DNA of 64,000 nucleotides from Eledone cirrhosa (taxonomy: Eukaryota), in the NCBI GenBank assembly GCA_964016885.1, contig OZ024746.1, forward strand, positions 30,442,001 through 30,506,000. Reading direction: 5' to 3'. Positions 42,400-55,604 of the stretch are shown here, one piece after another. Position numbers and translations under genes: made by a program. The notes beneath the pieces are model-generated. The model was not told the origin of the DNA. It did not search any database and saw only the letters and a list, made by a program, of their open reading frames with translations. Every line of letters starts with the position of its first letter. The first letter of the stretch is position 1.

Positions 42400-43020
42400 A
42401 TGGCTTCAAAATATATTACTGATATATTGATGGATATATCGTGATATCTTATGATAGAGATATACAGATAGATATATCGTGACATCATATCGTCCATACG
42501 GATATATATGTCATGATGTCATGTTTTATAGATATACTGATAGATATATCGTGGCATCATATGATACAGATATACGGATAGATATATCGTGACATCATAT
42601 CGTCCATGCGGATATATATGTCATCATGTCATGTTTTATAGATATACTGATAGATATATCGTGGCATCATATGATACAGATATACGGATAGATATATCGT
42701 GACATCATATCGTCCATACGGGTATATATGTCATGATGTCATGTTTTATAGATATACTGATAGATATATCGTGGCATCATATGATACAGATATACGGATA
42801 GATATATCGTGACATCATATCGTCCATGCGGATATATATGTCATCATGTCATGTTTTATAGATATACTGATAAATATATCATGATATCATATGATACAGA
42901 TATACTGATTGATATATCGTGATATCATATTTGCATATATGCTGATAGATATATCGGGATGTCATATTATATAGATATACTGCTAGATATATCGTGATAC
43001 GACATGATAATGATATACTG
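42400..43020. repeat. 110-bp minisatellite with 220-bp dimeric higher-order structure
   Basis: GACATCATATCGTCCAT at 42481, 42591, 42701 and 42811; variants alternate ACG/GAT versus GCG/CAT. Confidence 0.9.
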
Positions 43021-43118
43021 ATGAATGGTTATTTGCTGGGTCGATAGAGCTTTCTGAATTCTAATCCAGTTCGCTTACACTTTCCTCTCTGGTGTCGATA
43101 AAGGAAGTAGCGGCCCTG

Positions 43119-43390
43119 CCCAGTACTGGTGCAGCCCTCTTTCATTCCATCTGGCACATCTTTCTTATTCAACTGGACCAAGGAAGACCTAGTACTGATG
43201 CAGCCTACCTGCACTCCAGCTATCGCATCTTAGCTGTTACATTGGATTAAAACAGCCCAAGTGCTGGTACAGCCTTCTCTCATACCACCTGGCTCAGCTT
43301 GGCTGTTTCGTTGGATCAAAGTAGACCAGAGGCTGGTACATCCTTCTCTTATTCGATCTGGTGCATCTTGCTTATTCAACTGGATTTAAT
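43119..43390. repeat. Diverged ~69-bp tandem repeat (4 units)
   Basis: CTGGT(G/A)CAGCC...TTATTCAACTGGA periodicity. Confidence 0.65.
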
Positions 43391-43614
43391 AAGAGTTGAT
43401 TGAGTGCATCTATGCTCACAACCTCATGGACACTTAAAACATTTACCAAGTCATACTCTATTGCGAACGACGGATGTAGGATATATGCAGATACACACAC
43501 CACACACATCCAGCGTTAAGCAAATATATATCTCCATTGTACTGCATTGCATCCTGTGTTGTTTATCCATTATATATATATATATATATAATGGATAAAC
43601 AACACAGGATGTAC

Positions 43615-46600
43615 AACGTTCAACTATCTGGCAGATGGGTAAACGGTGCTGATGATAGCTAACAAGCTTGAAACTAGTAGATCGTTCCTGTGTCAGTGTT
43701 GAACAAAAAGGTGACGTGGTTGCCTTAACACCGTATGGCATAAATTCAGGCTGTTCAGTTTGTTTACAAACGAACAAAGCGACGTTATAATAAGCGCCGC
43801 TAAACTGATACGTGCATATATGTATGTGTACCTGTATGCATATGTATGTATATATGTATATATATGTGCATGCTACTGTACGTCTGTATACATATATGTA
43901 TGTACGTATACATGCATACTTACATTTAAGTAAGTGCCATACTAAGAGTGAGAAATGAAATTTCGTTTTCATTTTGTTTCAATTTATCGTTTTCGGTATG
44001 CCTGACCGATTTAACTCACTCAATATGCAAATTAGGCTGCTCAGCCTTAATTTTCATAAGGGAAGTATATACTTTCGAACGTTCAACTATCTGGCAGATG
44101 GGTAAACGGTGCTGATGATAGCTAACAAGCTTGAAACTAGTACATCGTTCCTGTGTCAGTGTTGAACAAAAAGGTGACGTGGTTGCCTTAACACCGTATG
44201 GCATAAATTCAGGCTGTTCAGTTTGTTTACAAACGAACAAAGCGACGTTATAATAAGCGCCGCTAAACTGATACGTGCATATATGTATGTGTACCTGTAT
44301 GCATATGTATGTATATATGTATATATATGTGCATGCTACTGTACGTCTGTATACATATATGTATGTACGTATACATGCATACTTACATTTAAGTAAGTGC
44401 CATACTAAGAGTGAGAAATGAAATTTCGTTTTCATTTTGTTTCAATTTATCGTTTTCGGTATGCCTGACCGATTTAACTCACTCAATATGCAAATTAGGC
44501 TGCTCAGCCTTAATTTTCATAAGGGAAGTATATACTTTCGAACGTTCAACTATCTGGCAGATGGGTAAACGGTGCTGATGATAGCTAACAAGCTTGAAAC
44601 TAGTACATCGTTCCTGTGTCAGTGTTGAACAAAAAGGTGACGTGGTTGCCTTAACACCGTATGGCATAAATTCAGGCTGTTCAGTTTGTTTACAAACGAA
44701 CAAAGCGACGTTATAATAAGCGCCGCTAAACTGATACGTGCATATATGTATGTGTACCTGTATGCATATGTATGTATATATGTATATATATGTGCATGCT
44801 ACTGTACGTCTGTATACATATATGTATGTACGTATACATGCATACTTACATTTAAGTAAGTGCCATACTAAGAGTGAGAAATGAAATTTCGTTTTCATTT
44901 TGTTTCAATTTATCGTTTTCGGTATGCCTGACCGATTTAACTCACTCAATATGCAAATTAGGCTGCTCAGCCTTAATTTTCATAAGGGAAGTATATACTT
45001 TCGAACGTTCAACTATCTGGCAGATGGGTAAACGGTGCTGATGATAGCTAACAAGCTTGAAACTAGTACATCGTTCCTGTGTCAGTGTTGAACAAAAAGG
45101 TGACGTGGTTGCCTTAACACCGTATGGCATAAATTCAGGCTGTTCAGTTTGTTTACAAACGAACAAAGCGACGTTATAATAAGCGCCGCTAAACTGATAC
45201 GTGCATATATGTATGTGTACCTGTATGCATATGTATGTATATATGTATATATATGTGCATGCTACTGTACGTCTGTATACATATATGTATGTACGTATAC
45301 ATGCATACTTACATTTAAGTAAGTGCCATACTAAGAGTGAGAAATGAAATTTCGTTTTCATTTTGTTTCAATTTATCGTTTTCGGTATGCCTGACCGATT
45401 TAACTCACTCAATATGCAAATTAGGCTGCTCAGCCTTAATTTTCATAAGGGAAGTATATACTTTCGAACGTTCAACTATCTGGCAGATGGGTAAACGGTG
45501 CTGATGATAGCTAACAAGCTTGAAACTAGTACATCGTTCCTGTGTCAGTGTTGAACAAAAAGGTGACGTGGTTGCCTTAACACCGTATGGCATAAATTCA
45601 GGCTGTTCAGTTTGTTTACAAACGAACAAAGCGACGTTATAATAAGCGCCGCTAAACTGATACGTGCATATATGTATGTGTACCTGTATGCATATGTATG
45701 TATATATGTATATATATGTGCATGCTACTGTACGTCTGTATACATATATGTATGTACGTATACATGCATACTTACATTTAAGTAAGTGCCATACTAAGAG
45801 TGAGAAATGAAATTTCGTTTTCATTTTGTTTCAATTTATCGTTTTCGGTATGCCTGACCGATTTAACTCACTCAATATGCAAATTAGGCTGCTCAGCCTT
45901 AATTTTCATAAGGGAAGTATATACTTTCGAACGTTCAACTATCTGGCAGATGGGTAAACGGTGCTGATGATAGCTAACAAGCTTGAAACTAGTACATCGT
46001 TCCTGTGTCAGTGTTGAACAAAAAGGTGACGTGGTTGCCTTAACACCGTATGGCATAAATTCAGGCTGTTCAGTTTGTTTACAAACGAACAAAGCGACGT
46101 TATAATAAGCGCCGCTAAACTGATACGTGCATATATGTATGTGTACCTGTATGCATATGTATGTATATATGTATATATATGTGCATGCTACTGTACGTCT
46201 GCATACATATATGTATGTACGTATACATGCATACTTACATTTAAGTAAGTGCCATACTAAGAGTGAGAAATGAAATTTCGTTTTCATTTTGTTTCAATTT
46301 ATCGTTTTCGGTATGCCTGACCGATTTAACTCACTCAATATGCAAATTAGGCTGCTCAGCCTTAATTTTCATAAGGGAAGTATATACTTTCGAACGTTCA
46401 ACTATCTGGCAGATGGGTAAACGGTGCTGATGATAGCTAACAAGCTTGAAACTAGTACATCGTTCCTGTGTCAGTGTTGAACAAAAAGGTGACGTGGTTG
46501 CCTTAACACCGTATGGCATAAATTCAGGCTGTTCAGTTTGTTTACAAACGAACAAAGCGACGTTATAATAAGCGCCGCTAAACTGATACGTGCATATATG

Positions 46601-46759
46601 TATGTGTACCTGTATGCATATGTATGTATATATGTATATATATGTGCATGCTACTGTACGTCTGTATACATATATGTATGTACGTATACATGCATACTTA
46701 CATTTAAGTAAGTGCCATACTAAGAGTGAGAAATGAAATTTCGTTTTCATTTTGTTTCA

Positions 46760-46765
<6 letters not shown>
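43615..46765 (+). mobile_element. Second 463-bp HHR-containing tandem array (~6.8 units)
   Basis: Same unit as 1467-7787. HHRs at 43642 and every +463 to 46420. 5'-truncated; 3' end ...TTTCAATTTAT joins (TA)n exactly as at 1467. Confidence 0.9.
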
Positions 46766-46799
<34 letters not shown>

Positions 46800-46800
<1 letters not shown>

Positions 46801-47170
46801 GGTCATTCTAGTGTTGAGACCTTAGCCTTTTAAGTGCATTCTTGTACAATTTTACCTCTGTAATATGGAGCACCATCGTCTATGACCATGTTACATCCAA
46901 AGTCTGTCCATGTGTATTTCCAATTGATGCTTATGCTTCAAACGTTAAATATATTTGACCATTCATATTCGTTCTGGGGTCAAAAAGTGTAAACCAGCGG
47001 TTCCTGTCTTCGAAATGCCACCCCAAATCATTTCACTGAGTGAGCGTTTTATTTTCTGTCCATTATATTGTTCATATCTTTTTACACAAGACATCCTAAC
47101 ACGATGTTGGTTTACTAACTGCAGTATTGATTCATATGAAAACATAACTTGGCTCCATAGCTCTTCAGTC
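46800..47170 (-). pseudogene. Tc1/mariner transposase relic (DDE domain part)
   Basis: ELWSQVMFSYES (W..V.FSDES), MIWGGIS.TGTAGLHFL, MNGQIY, DDGAPYY (QDGAP.H), TLE*P (L.WP), then truncated by (TA)n. Confidence 0.75.
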
Positions 47171-47324
47171 TAATATTTGTTTGTACTTTTTTTTGGGGGG
47201 GGGGGAATATCAGGCCCTTATATACATAAGCAGGTGTCCATCAGTTACCATTTTGCTCAATGAAATAGTTAACAAAATAATTAATCAATTAGTCAGAACA
47301 TATGAAATGAATATGTACAGGAAA

Positions 47325-47723
47325 TAAGATAAAAAGAGTTACCTCAAATTACTTTTTGGTCACGGCTGCAGTTTCGTCGTAAAGATCAGTTTATATATTC
47401 TAATAATTTAGCATATTATTATGGGAGAAGTGGACTCGTCGGAGAACCTTCTCGTATGAAGAGAAAGATTCTAGTGGTTGCTACAAGCGATGTTTTCGAA
47501 AGGGAAAACTATCACCTGGCATGTCGTCCACCAGAAAGAGATAGACAAATTGTCAAGTAAGCGGGATTGATAGAAGCAGCAGTTTGTTTGGCCTTATTCA
47601 CTCGACCGTATAGGGGGCCACTTCTCCCAGAATGATATGCTAAATTGTGAGAATATCTAGACTGGTTTTTAAGGTGAAACTGCAGTCGGAACAAGGTAAT
47701 TTGAGGTAATTCTTTTTATCTTA
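47325..47723. repeat. Diverged ~110-bp inverted repeat (47325-47435 / 47616-47723)
   Basis: AAGATAAAAAGAGTTACCTCAAATTAC..CTGCAGTTTC..TTTAGCATAT..GGGAGAAGTGG mirrored by CCACTTCTCCC..ATATGCTAAATT..GAAACTGCAG..GTAATTTGAGGTAATTCTTTTTATCTT. Confidence 0.7.
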
Positions 47724-48299
47724 TATGCTTTACACTAGAGTCGATCGATTAATTGATCAACCAACGTTCCTTTACTTGGAATACTTATATATATACGTGT
47801 GTGTGGCTGTGTTTGTAAATTGAGAGAGAGACGAGAGAGAAGAAGGAGAGAGGGAGGCCTGTGTGTATATAATACTTTCACAGACATATACATAATGTAC
47901 ACGATGTTACTACTTTTCCTTTATTACATATTACCGAAGAAAAAGAACTAGGTATTTATATTAAAGTGGGGGGAATATAATGTAGATACTGTAGAAGAGA
48001 ACATTTCTTAAAGATGTCCAATATGGACGCCAATAATTTTATTACAATAGAGAAAACTTAAAATAACGATAGAATCGAAATAGTCTAAAGTAATATATGT
48101 GGTTAATATGTGGACAGTTATGTTATAGCTATAGATATATGATTAAATTTGAATAAATTGTATAAGATTGTGGCAAATGGAAGATATCTCGACACAGTTA
48201 CATTTCTAATAACAACTAATTTGTCGTGTTTGTTGTTTTATCGTAGTTTTATTTACATGTTCAAAGCGAGAAAGAAAATGTAGATCAATATATATATAC

Positions 48300-48370
<71 letters not shown>

Positions 48371-48593
48371 ATATTATTATTAATGAAATATACATATTTG
48401 TATACGCCCCACATATACACGTATGTATATACATATATGTATTTTTGTGTGTATATATGTGTTTGTATATATATATGTGTGTGTGTGTGGCGTGTGTGTG
48501 TATTTGTATATTTATACATACATACATACATTCATAAATACATACATAAATACATACATGCATACATGCATACATACATACATACATACATAC

Positions 48594-49204
48594 ATGGTGG
48601 CTGCCAACTCGTTTTCGAGTACGGCCACTACTTTATATCCATGTAGGAGAACCCCTACCGATGCGCTGAACGAGTGTGACTTTTTAGTCCAGCCAGCGAC
48701 TTGAAAACTCTGGTACAAACACTACACTTGTGACAATTACTGACACATAGTGCAGGGCCCATGGTACCATGTGACGACAAGTGCAGAGAGATCTCCAGAT
48801 ATAAAGCAATGCCTGTGCCGTGAAGCTTTTATAGTGAGCAAAGGCACTGCACAAAGCCAGTCCCACTCTCTTAACCAAGATGATATTTACCAAAAAGAAG
48901 AACAAGTCAACATCATTGGATACCATCAGGGTTGCAGGTGTTATATCAGAGTTTTCCTTCTCCTAGAATTCTGCCTTGACAAAGGCTAAGGGGTCATCTC
49001 TCCCGGTGATTTTGGATGGCCATTGACTCTTAAGAGCTCCTTTGCCCTTTGACAGGTTTTGTTTTTAGTCCTGCAGGATGTCCAAAGTCACCCTCCTCAC
49101 CAAGAAACCTTGGTGGGGTTGCCAGTTTAGTCGCCAACGACCCGACCATGGGACAGGTTGTACTGGGATACATGTTACCAGTAGCACCAACTGGTGACCT
49201 GACA
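48594..49204 (-). mobile_element. RTE-like non-autonomous retroposon, apparently full length
   Basis: Reverse complement of 40691-41294 with ~20 extra 5' bases; (CATA)n on both sides. Confidence 0.7.
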
Positions 49205-49245
49205 TAAACATACATACATACATACATACATACATACATACATAC

Positions 49246-49400
49246 ATGGTGGCTGCCAACTCGTTTTCAAGTACGGCCACTACTTCATATCCATGTAGGA
49301 GAACCCCTACTGATGCGCTGAACGAGTGTGACTTTTTAGTCCAGCCAGCGACTTGAAAACTCTGGTACAAGCACTGCAATTTTGACAATTATTGACACAT
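49246..49400 (-). mobile_element. 5'-truncated copy (3' ~150 bp) of the same element
   Basis: Duplicates 48594-48748; (CATA)n on both sides. Confidence 0.75.
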
Positions 49401-49824
49401 ACATACATACATACATACATACATACATTATGTAAGTATTATGTAGTAATATCATTGTCGCTAAGGATTCCAATTCGCTAATCTGTATTTCTGTAACAGT
49501 ACCTATGGTATCTTAGTGTCTTGTAATCTAGACCCGACTTTACAAATACTAAAATTCTCAGAAGAGAAACACAAAATATTGAAAACTAGGAATTTCCCTA
49601 ACGCTTTATATCATCAAATATTCTGTTTTATGTTATCATATATGTTCTGTTTTATAGAAATCCAATTGAATAGAGGAATTTAAATCCACATAGAAATGGG
49701 TAAAAATCATTTTCCGGATCTCTCAAAATCTGCCATGATAAGAAGTTTTGTCTATCCTTCCCGGCTAAAAGAAGGTGGTGAGGTGATCTTACCAATAAAC
49801 TCAGTTGATAGCCGACAATAAGAA

Positions 49825-50042
49825 TGGCTCCTTATATAGGCGCAAGGCCAGCAATTTTGGGGGAGGCGAAAGTCGATTAAATCGCCTCCAGTGCGTGACT
49901 GGTACTTTATTTTATCGACCCCTTGAGGATGAAAAACAAAGTTAACCTCGGCAGGTTTTGAACTCAGATCATAAAGGGCCGTAACTCTATGCTGCAAAGC
50001 ATGGCGTCCGACTCTCTACCAATACTGCCAATCCATAGCCGA
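49825..50042 (-). mobile_element. SINE family 2
   Basis: CTGGTACTTTATTTTATCGACC..GGATGAAA..TTGAACTCAGA..TACTGCCAATCC. Confidence 0.75.
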
Positions 50043-51871
50043 AAATAATAATATGACCATAAAATGACTACTAACCATGTAAAAACACTTCCAATTAGAT
50101 ATAAATGACAACATAATTGAAGTCAGATGAAAATTTAGTCGAATTTCTATATTTAGTTTGATTTTCTATCAGTCATTTACTTCTTCGATACCCAATCTGA
50201 TTGAAACTCTACTTGATATGAATATTTTATTGCATATAATCAATATTGATAATGTCTCTTAAGATTTTTCTTTCAATTTTCTTTCATTCTTTTTTTTTTT
50301 ATATATATTGGGACATTTTTTTTCAAAATGTATTCAAAAATTGCCTCGCTTTGGTTCCAAGGTGCAGTTCTATATATAAGTTTCTATTATCGAAGTTTTA
50401 TAAAACTGATCATATATTCGTTTCTCTGGTAAAATAAAATTAAAATAAAATTTTGTAAACAAAAACAATCATAATAGTTAAACTTACTTCCCATCTGTAC
50501 TGAATGAAACTCATGGCTGGCGGTATTGAATGTAAGATGTTGGGAACTCCAGACCAACTGTGTAGTGTGTAACCTGGTCAGCGGTGAGGTGTGTTACATG
50601 TGAAGAACTCCTAACCAGTAGTGTAGTGTGTCTCCTGACCAATGGACCAGCGTCTAATATTGGAATATTGGAGGACTCCTGGCCAGTAGTACAGTATGTC
50701 TCCTGGCCAGCAGTGTTTTGTGTTAGGTGTTGGGAGCACCTGATGAACACAAATTGATATCTTTATTCGATTACCGATAGTAATTGTTTTATTAGAATCC
50801 TATGTCTAAACGCCCTAGTAAACATCACAGTATGTTAAAATATCCAAATTCTCTGCTATTCTAAGAGTGCCTACTTAAAACTGAAATATCTTTATAGCGA
50901 CATATTAGTTTATCGATCTGTATCGCACCCTTACGGATACTATTGAAATCATTATACCTCAATAATGATTTTTTAAAAGAAGCCTCGCCATCTTAATATT
51001 ATATTTAATTTATTACATTCATGTTGATGTATCTGTGGTGTAAAATGTCTGTCAGGCTGTGGAAAGGAGATGGTAAGAATATGTGTGCGAGAGAGGGGGA
51101 GAGAAATAAAGGTGCAGACAGATAGACACACTAACAGAGATTGAGTTGCGGGGGCGGCGATGGTGGTGCCGGTGGTAACAGCTGCAGACGCGAGTATTTT
51201 TTTTTTTTTTTTTATCTCGTCGTCATAGAAAGATGATAGCAAGAGTCTGAGTGAGTGAGCGAAAAAAAGAAAGAAAGGGAGAGAAAGAGAGAAAAAGAAA
51301 GAGAGAGAGAGAAAGAGAACGGAGGTGGTGTTGGGGTCGAATATTTTTAAGCTCTCGCTGTACGAAAAATATTGTTTATCCTCAAATATTAATCAGTAAA
51401 ATATTCCACTTTATTAGGTTCAGTCATTTGTTAAATGTATACGATTTATATGTATTTAAGTAGTGTATGTACTATTTGTGTGTAAACTGTTGAATTCGCA
51501 AGATGTTGGCGAGTCATTGTTACTAATTCAGCCTAGTGTAATGCATGATTGCTATTTTAATTCAGATATATTTTATATCCAATTTCACTGATCAATAAAC
51601 ATTACTTAAGAAAAATATTCGTTTTCACTGACTTCCACTAAAAAATTCCGAATTCCTTACTAAGTATGAACTTATTTCAACTGCTATTGAGAAAATAAAT
51701 CACATAATTATATACCTTGAATGAAAGAATAATATATATATATATATACATACATATACATGTGTGTGTCTGTCTGTCTGTCTGGTCTGTGTGTTTGTGT
51801 CTGTGTCTGTATCTGTGTGTGTGCGTGTGTGTGTGTCTGCACGTGTGTGCGTGCCTTAGTGGTTAGGTTTT

Positions 51872-51878
51872 ATAGATG

Positions 51879-51930
<52 letters not shown>
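51872..51930. repeat. (GATA)n at the 3' end of LINE copy 1
   Basis: Seen directly. Confidence 0.95.
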
Positions 51931-51931
<1 letters not shown>

Positions 51932-52162
51932 ATTTCTATTTATTTGCCACGAGGGCACAAAAGAAGGGGACATTTACACAGTGGGGGAGTTTACATAAAT
52001 CGAGTAAAGAAAAAAGGAATAACAATAATAATATAACAATAAAAAGTCCTCAAAAGGGAGGGGGCGTGTTGGGGATTGCACATACCCCCGAAAAGTGTGC
52101 AACTCTTTTCGCGGGGGAAGCCCAGAGAGGAGGCGCTCCCCCTTTCCTCTTCACTTCTTCAC

Positions 52163-55100
52163 CTACAGAACAATGTAGAGAGAAGGCCCATTTACACGGG
52201 CCATTCTCGCTTCTTTCACCCACCTTTCATAAAACTGTCTGGGACCAAGCACTTCTCTCTCCATCCTGATTCTTCTTCCGAAGTGGTATCGGAAGAAGTA
52301 AACCAGGTGATGGCCGGAAAGAAAGTCACCCGACCTCAGACCTTTCAGGCGCATCCACCACACAACCTCTTTCATCATGGCTATTACGCACAGAAAGACC
52401 GCCTCTGCTTCATTTCTGAAGGGAGGAGGCGGCTTGATGTTCACCACAGACTCGGCGGTTAATCGAATCGGCGCCACACGCGGCAGCAGTCGTTCGACGT
52501 AGCCCCACAGATCGGCAACGCCCGGGCAGTGTACCAGTGCATGCGCAACGGTTTCCTCGTCGCGCACGCATCTGGGACAGATCTTTTTCGCGGGATCCCT
52601 GCCCGGGCGCCCGTGTCTGTAGAGCTTTTCTCGAACGGGCAGAGCCCCCGGTAACACTGCCAGGCTAGGGACCTCTGGAAGTTGTCCATGGGTCCCGGGC
52701 CGAAAGTTCTACCGAACAGGCTGGCCAGTTCGTCCTCCTTCATGTCTAGCGACTCTCCAAGGGTGTCGTCGCCCCTGCTAGCCACCAACCCTCTATAGAA
52801 TGTCGAGGTGGATTCTCCACTGACAGTCGGGTCCGCTTGCCAGATAGCCGTGAGCGCCTGGGCACACTCGGTGTGCCAGTTGCCCAGTTTTCTCGGTCTT
52901 TGCTTCACCCAGGATTGCAGTTCGGTGAGCGAGACGAGCTGTGGGAAGGCTCGCCTCACAAACGGGGCCCACACCGGCTGACCGTTGAGGAATACCTGTA
53001 GATGCCGTAGCCTCAATGCGTGCCTACGCATCAACAGCCACTGCATACCCAGCCCTCCTTTCGAAGGGTGCTGGCAGCAGATGGATCTCCTCACCATGGG
53101 AGGCCGCTTCTTCCAGAGGAACTGGAAGAGCATGCGTTCCATGATGGTGAGCTTTTCCTTGGGGCAAGGCACGACGGTCAGGCGGTAGTAGATGACGGAC
53201 GCTATGTAAGCGTTCGTCACCTCCGCCCGACCTTTCAGTGATAGTTTGCACTTGGCCCACTTCTGGGTCAGCGCAAACACCCTGCTCGTCACCTCGCCCC
53301 AATTCTTCTCCACCTGGAGGTCCGGTCCGAACCAGACCCCGAGCAGCTTCACCGGGCCCTCCGTCCACCGCCCGACGACACCGTCTAACGGCATCGGTTT
53401 GCCCCTCCACGTTCCGAGTTGCAAACCGACTGACTTGTCCTGGTTCAGCTTAGCCCCCGTCAGCCTTTCGTATTCCTCCAGTAGGGTGGCGATCGCCCCG
53501 ATTTCCGAGGCGTCCGCCACCATTACTGTTACGTCGTCGGCATAGGCCGAGACCGCTTTGTGCAATCCCGGTTCCGGGGGTATGCCCCGCAGCAACTCCA
53601 ACTTCCGCAGCAGTGGCTCGAGAGTCAATACGTACAGAAGGGAGGAGAGGGGGCACCCCTGTCTGATGGATCGGGTGATTTGAAACGGCTCCGAGAGGTA
53701 GCCGTTTACTTTAATCCTAGAGTAGATGTTGCCACTGTGCATGGCAGAAATCCAGCCCCTGAAAACGGGTCCGAAGCCCGCCGCCGCTAGCACCGCATCC
53801 AGGTAACCATGGTCGACCCTATCGAACGCCTTAGATTGATCCAAGTTGATCAGGGCCCCACCAAAGCCGGGTTCGTAGCCAACCCTCTCTATGATGTATC
53901 GCATGAGGTGGAGGTTGTCGTGAATGGACCTGGACGGGATAGCGCATGTCTGCGCGTCTCCCACCAAACCACCCACCACAAGCGCCAACCTCTTCGCCAA
54001 CACCTTGGCCAAAATCTGTAACTCTGCATTCAGCAGAGTTATGGGCCTAAAGTTACTTAAGTCGTCCCCCTTGCTCTCGTCCTTCCTCACTAGCGTGACC
54101 ACGCCCTTGATCACAGAACAGGGAATTCTCCCGTTCTGTTGCCAGTTGCAATAGACAGCCTCGAGGAGTTCGGAGAACAAGACCGGCATAGCTAAATAAA
54201 GTTCGTATGGTAGACCATCGAGACCCGGGGATTTGCGTCTGCTGCATTGGCTGAGCGCTTCCCCGATTTCAGTGGCTGTGATTGGCCTTTCGCAGCACTC
54301 CGCTTCGCCGCTCGAAAGACGCGGTAGACCGTCGAGGTATGGACCGAAGTCCACATCCCCGTCCGGCCCCCCGCCACCTCCGAACAGTCGAGCAAAGTGC
54401 CTTTGAAAGGTCTCGCACATTCGCTCAGGTTCAAGGATCACCCGTCCATCCTGGTCTCGCAAAGACCGAATGGTGGATTTAATCCCACTCTTGGCTTCTG
54501 TCACGCGGGCCCAGCTAACAGCTTTGGTCCCCTCGTTTCCTAAAGCACGTATTTTACTTCGGACAACGCAGCCTTCGTGCTTCGCGTCAAAGAACTGGCT
54601 CAATGCCGTTCTCGTCGCTAACACTCTGGCTACGTCTCCGCTCCTAATCGCCTCTTCTAGTTTATCTGTTAACTCCCTTTCCCTCCTATTTCTATTCGCC
54701 GCTAGTTCCTTACTGTAACCTATCGAACTTACTCTAATCTCTCTCTTTAGAGATATCCACCACCTACTGTTGACGATCGCTCCCGTCAACCGCATCTTAA
54801 CTAAGCTACTAATCTGGTTTCTGTAATCTTTCTTTGTCGGTAAGGACAAGTTCATCTTCCAGTAACCGGGACCCTGTCTATGCGTTCTATCAAGGTTGAC
54901 CACGCAGGTCACTAATTTGTGATCTGAATAGCCAACCATGATCAGTTCTGGACAACTAAATACGTCCCTATCCTTACTCCTAACCAAAAACCTATCTAGG
55001 TACGATCTAGATTGTCCACTGCGGTTTGCCCAGGTCCAGGTTGGCGCAGTTGGACAATCTAGTCGAAATCTATCGACCAGGTCGAATCGATCGAGTAACC

Positions 55101-55604
55101 CCTTGAGGCTGCTACACCCCCCTCTATCGGGACATGCCCCTGCATAGTCCCAACGCGCATCTAGGATTCCATTCCAGTCCCCCACTAAAAGCAGGGAACG
55201 CGACGTTCCTAGAAAAGTCTCCAGACGCTGGAAGAAGTCGGCTCTTTCCGCCCCGAAGGGAGCATAAAGACCGACCAGTCTGAAAGCCCCGCCTTCACCG
55301 CCTCCGACGTCCAGCACCAGTAATCGACCCCCCGGGTCCGAGTGAACAATCTGTACGTCGAGAGTCAGACGTTTATCCAGCAGTACGGCAACTCCCCCCC
55401 CCCCCTGCCTCCGGGTTGACAGAGAGATGCGTGCATCTCAAAGTCATCGAAGGCGGGCGCCAGCTGTCTCACGCTGCTGATCCGACTCTCGCAAACAACC
55501 ATCACATCTATACTTTGTGACCTGAGGTCACTTAGAAGCTTTGCTTGCTTCCAAGCTGAGCCCAGGCCACGCGCGTTCAAACAGCCAACTCTCAATTGAT
55601 CTAT
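52163..55604 (-). CDS. LINE ORF2: AP endonuclease, reverse transcriptase, C-terminal zinc finger (2 homopolymer frameshifts)
   Basis: LNARGL, CESR, VGDWN, SYLDRFL and YSDH (APE); KSPGLDG, FRPITLLN, LDQSKAFDRV, QGCPLS and AYADD (RT); CPRC...ETVAHALVHC. Joined from ORFs 55365-55595, 52459-55317 and 52163-52657. Confidence 0.85.
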
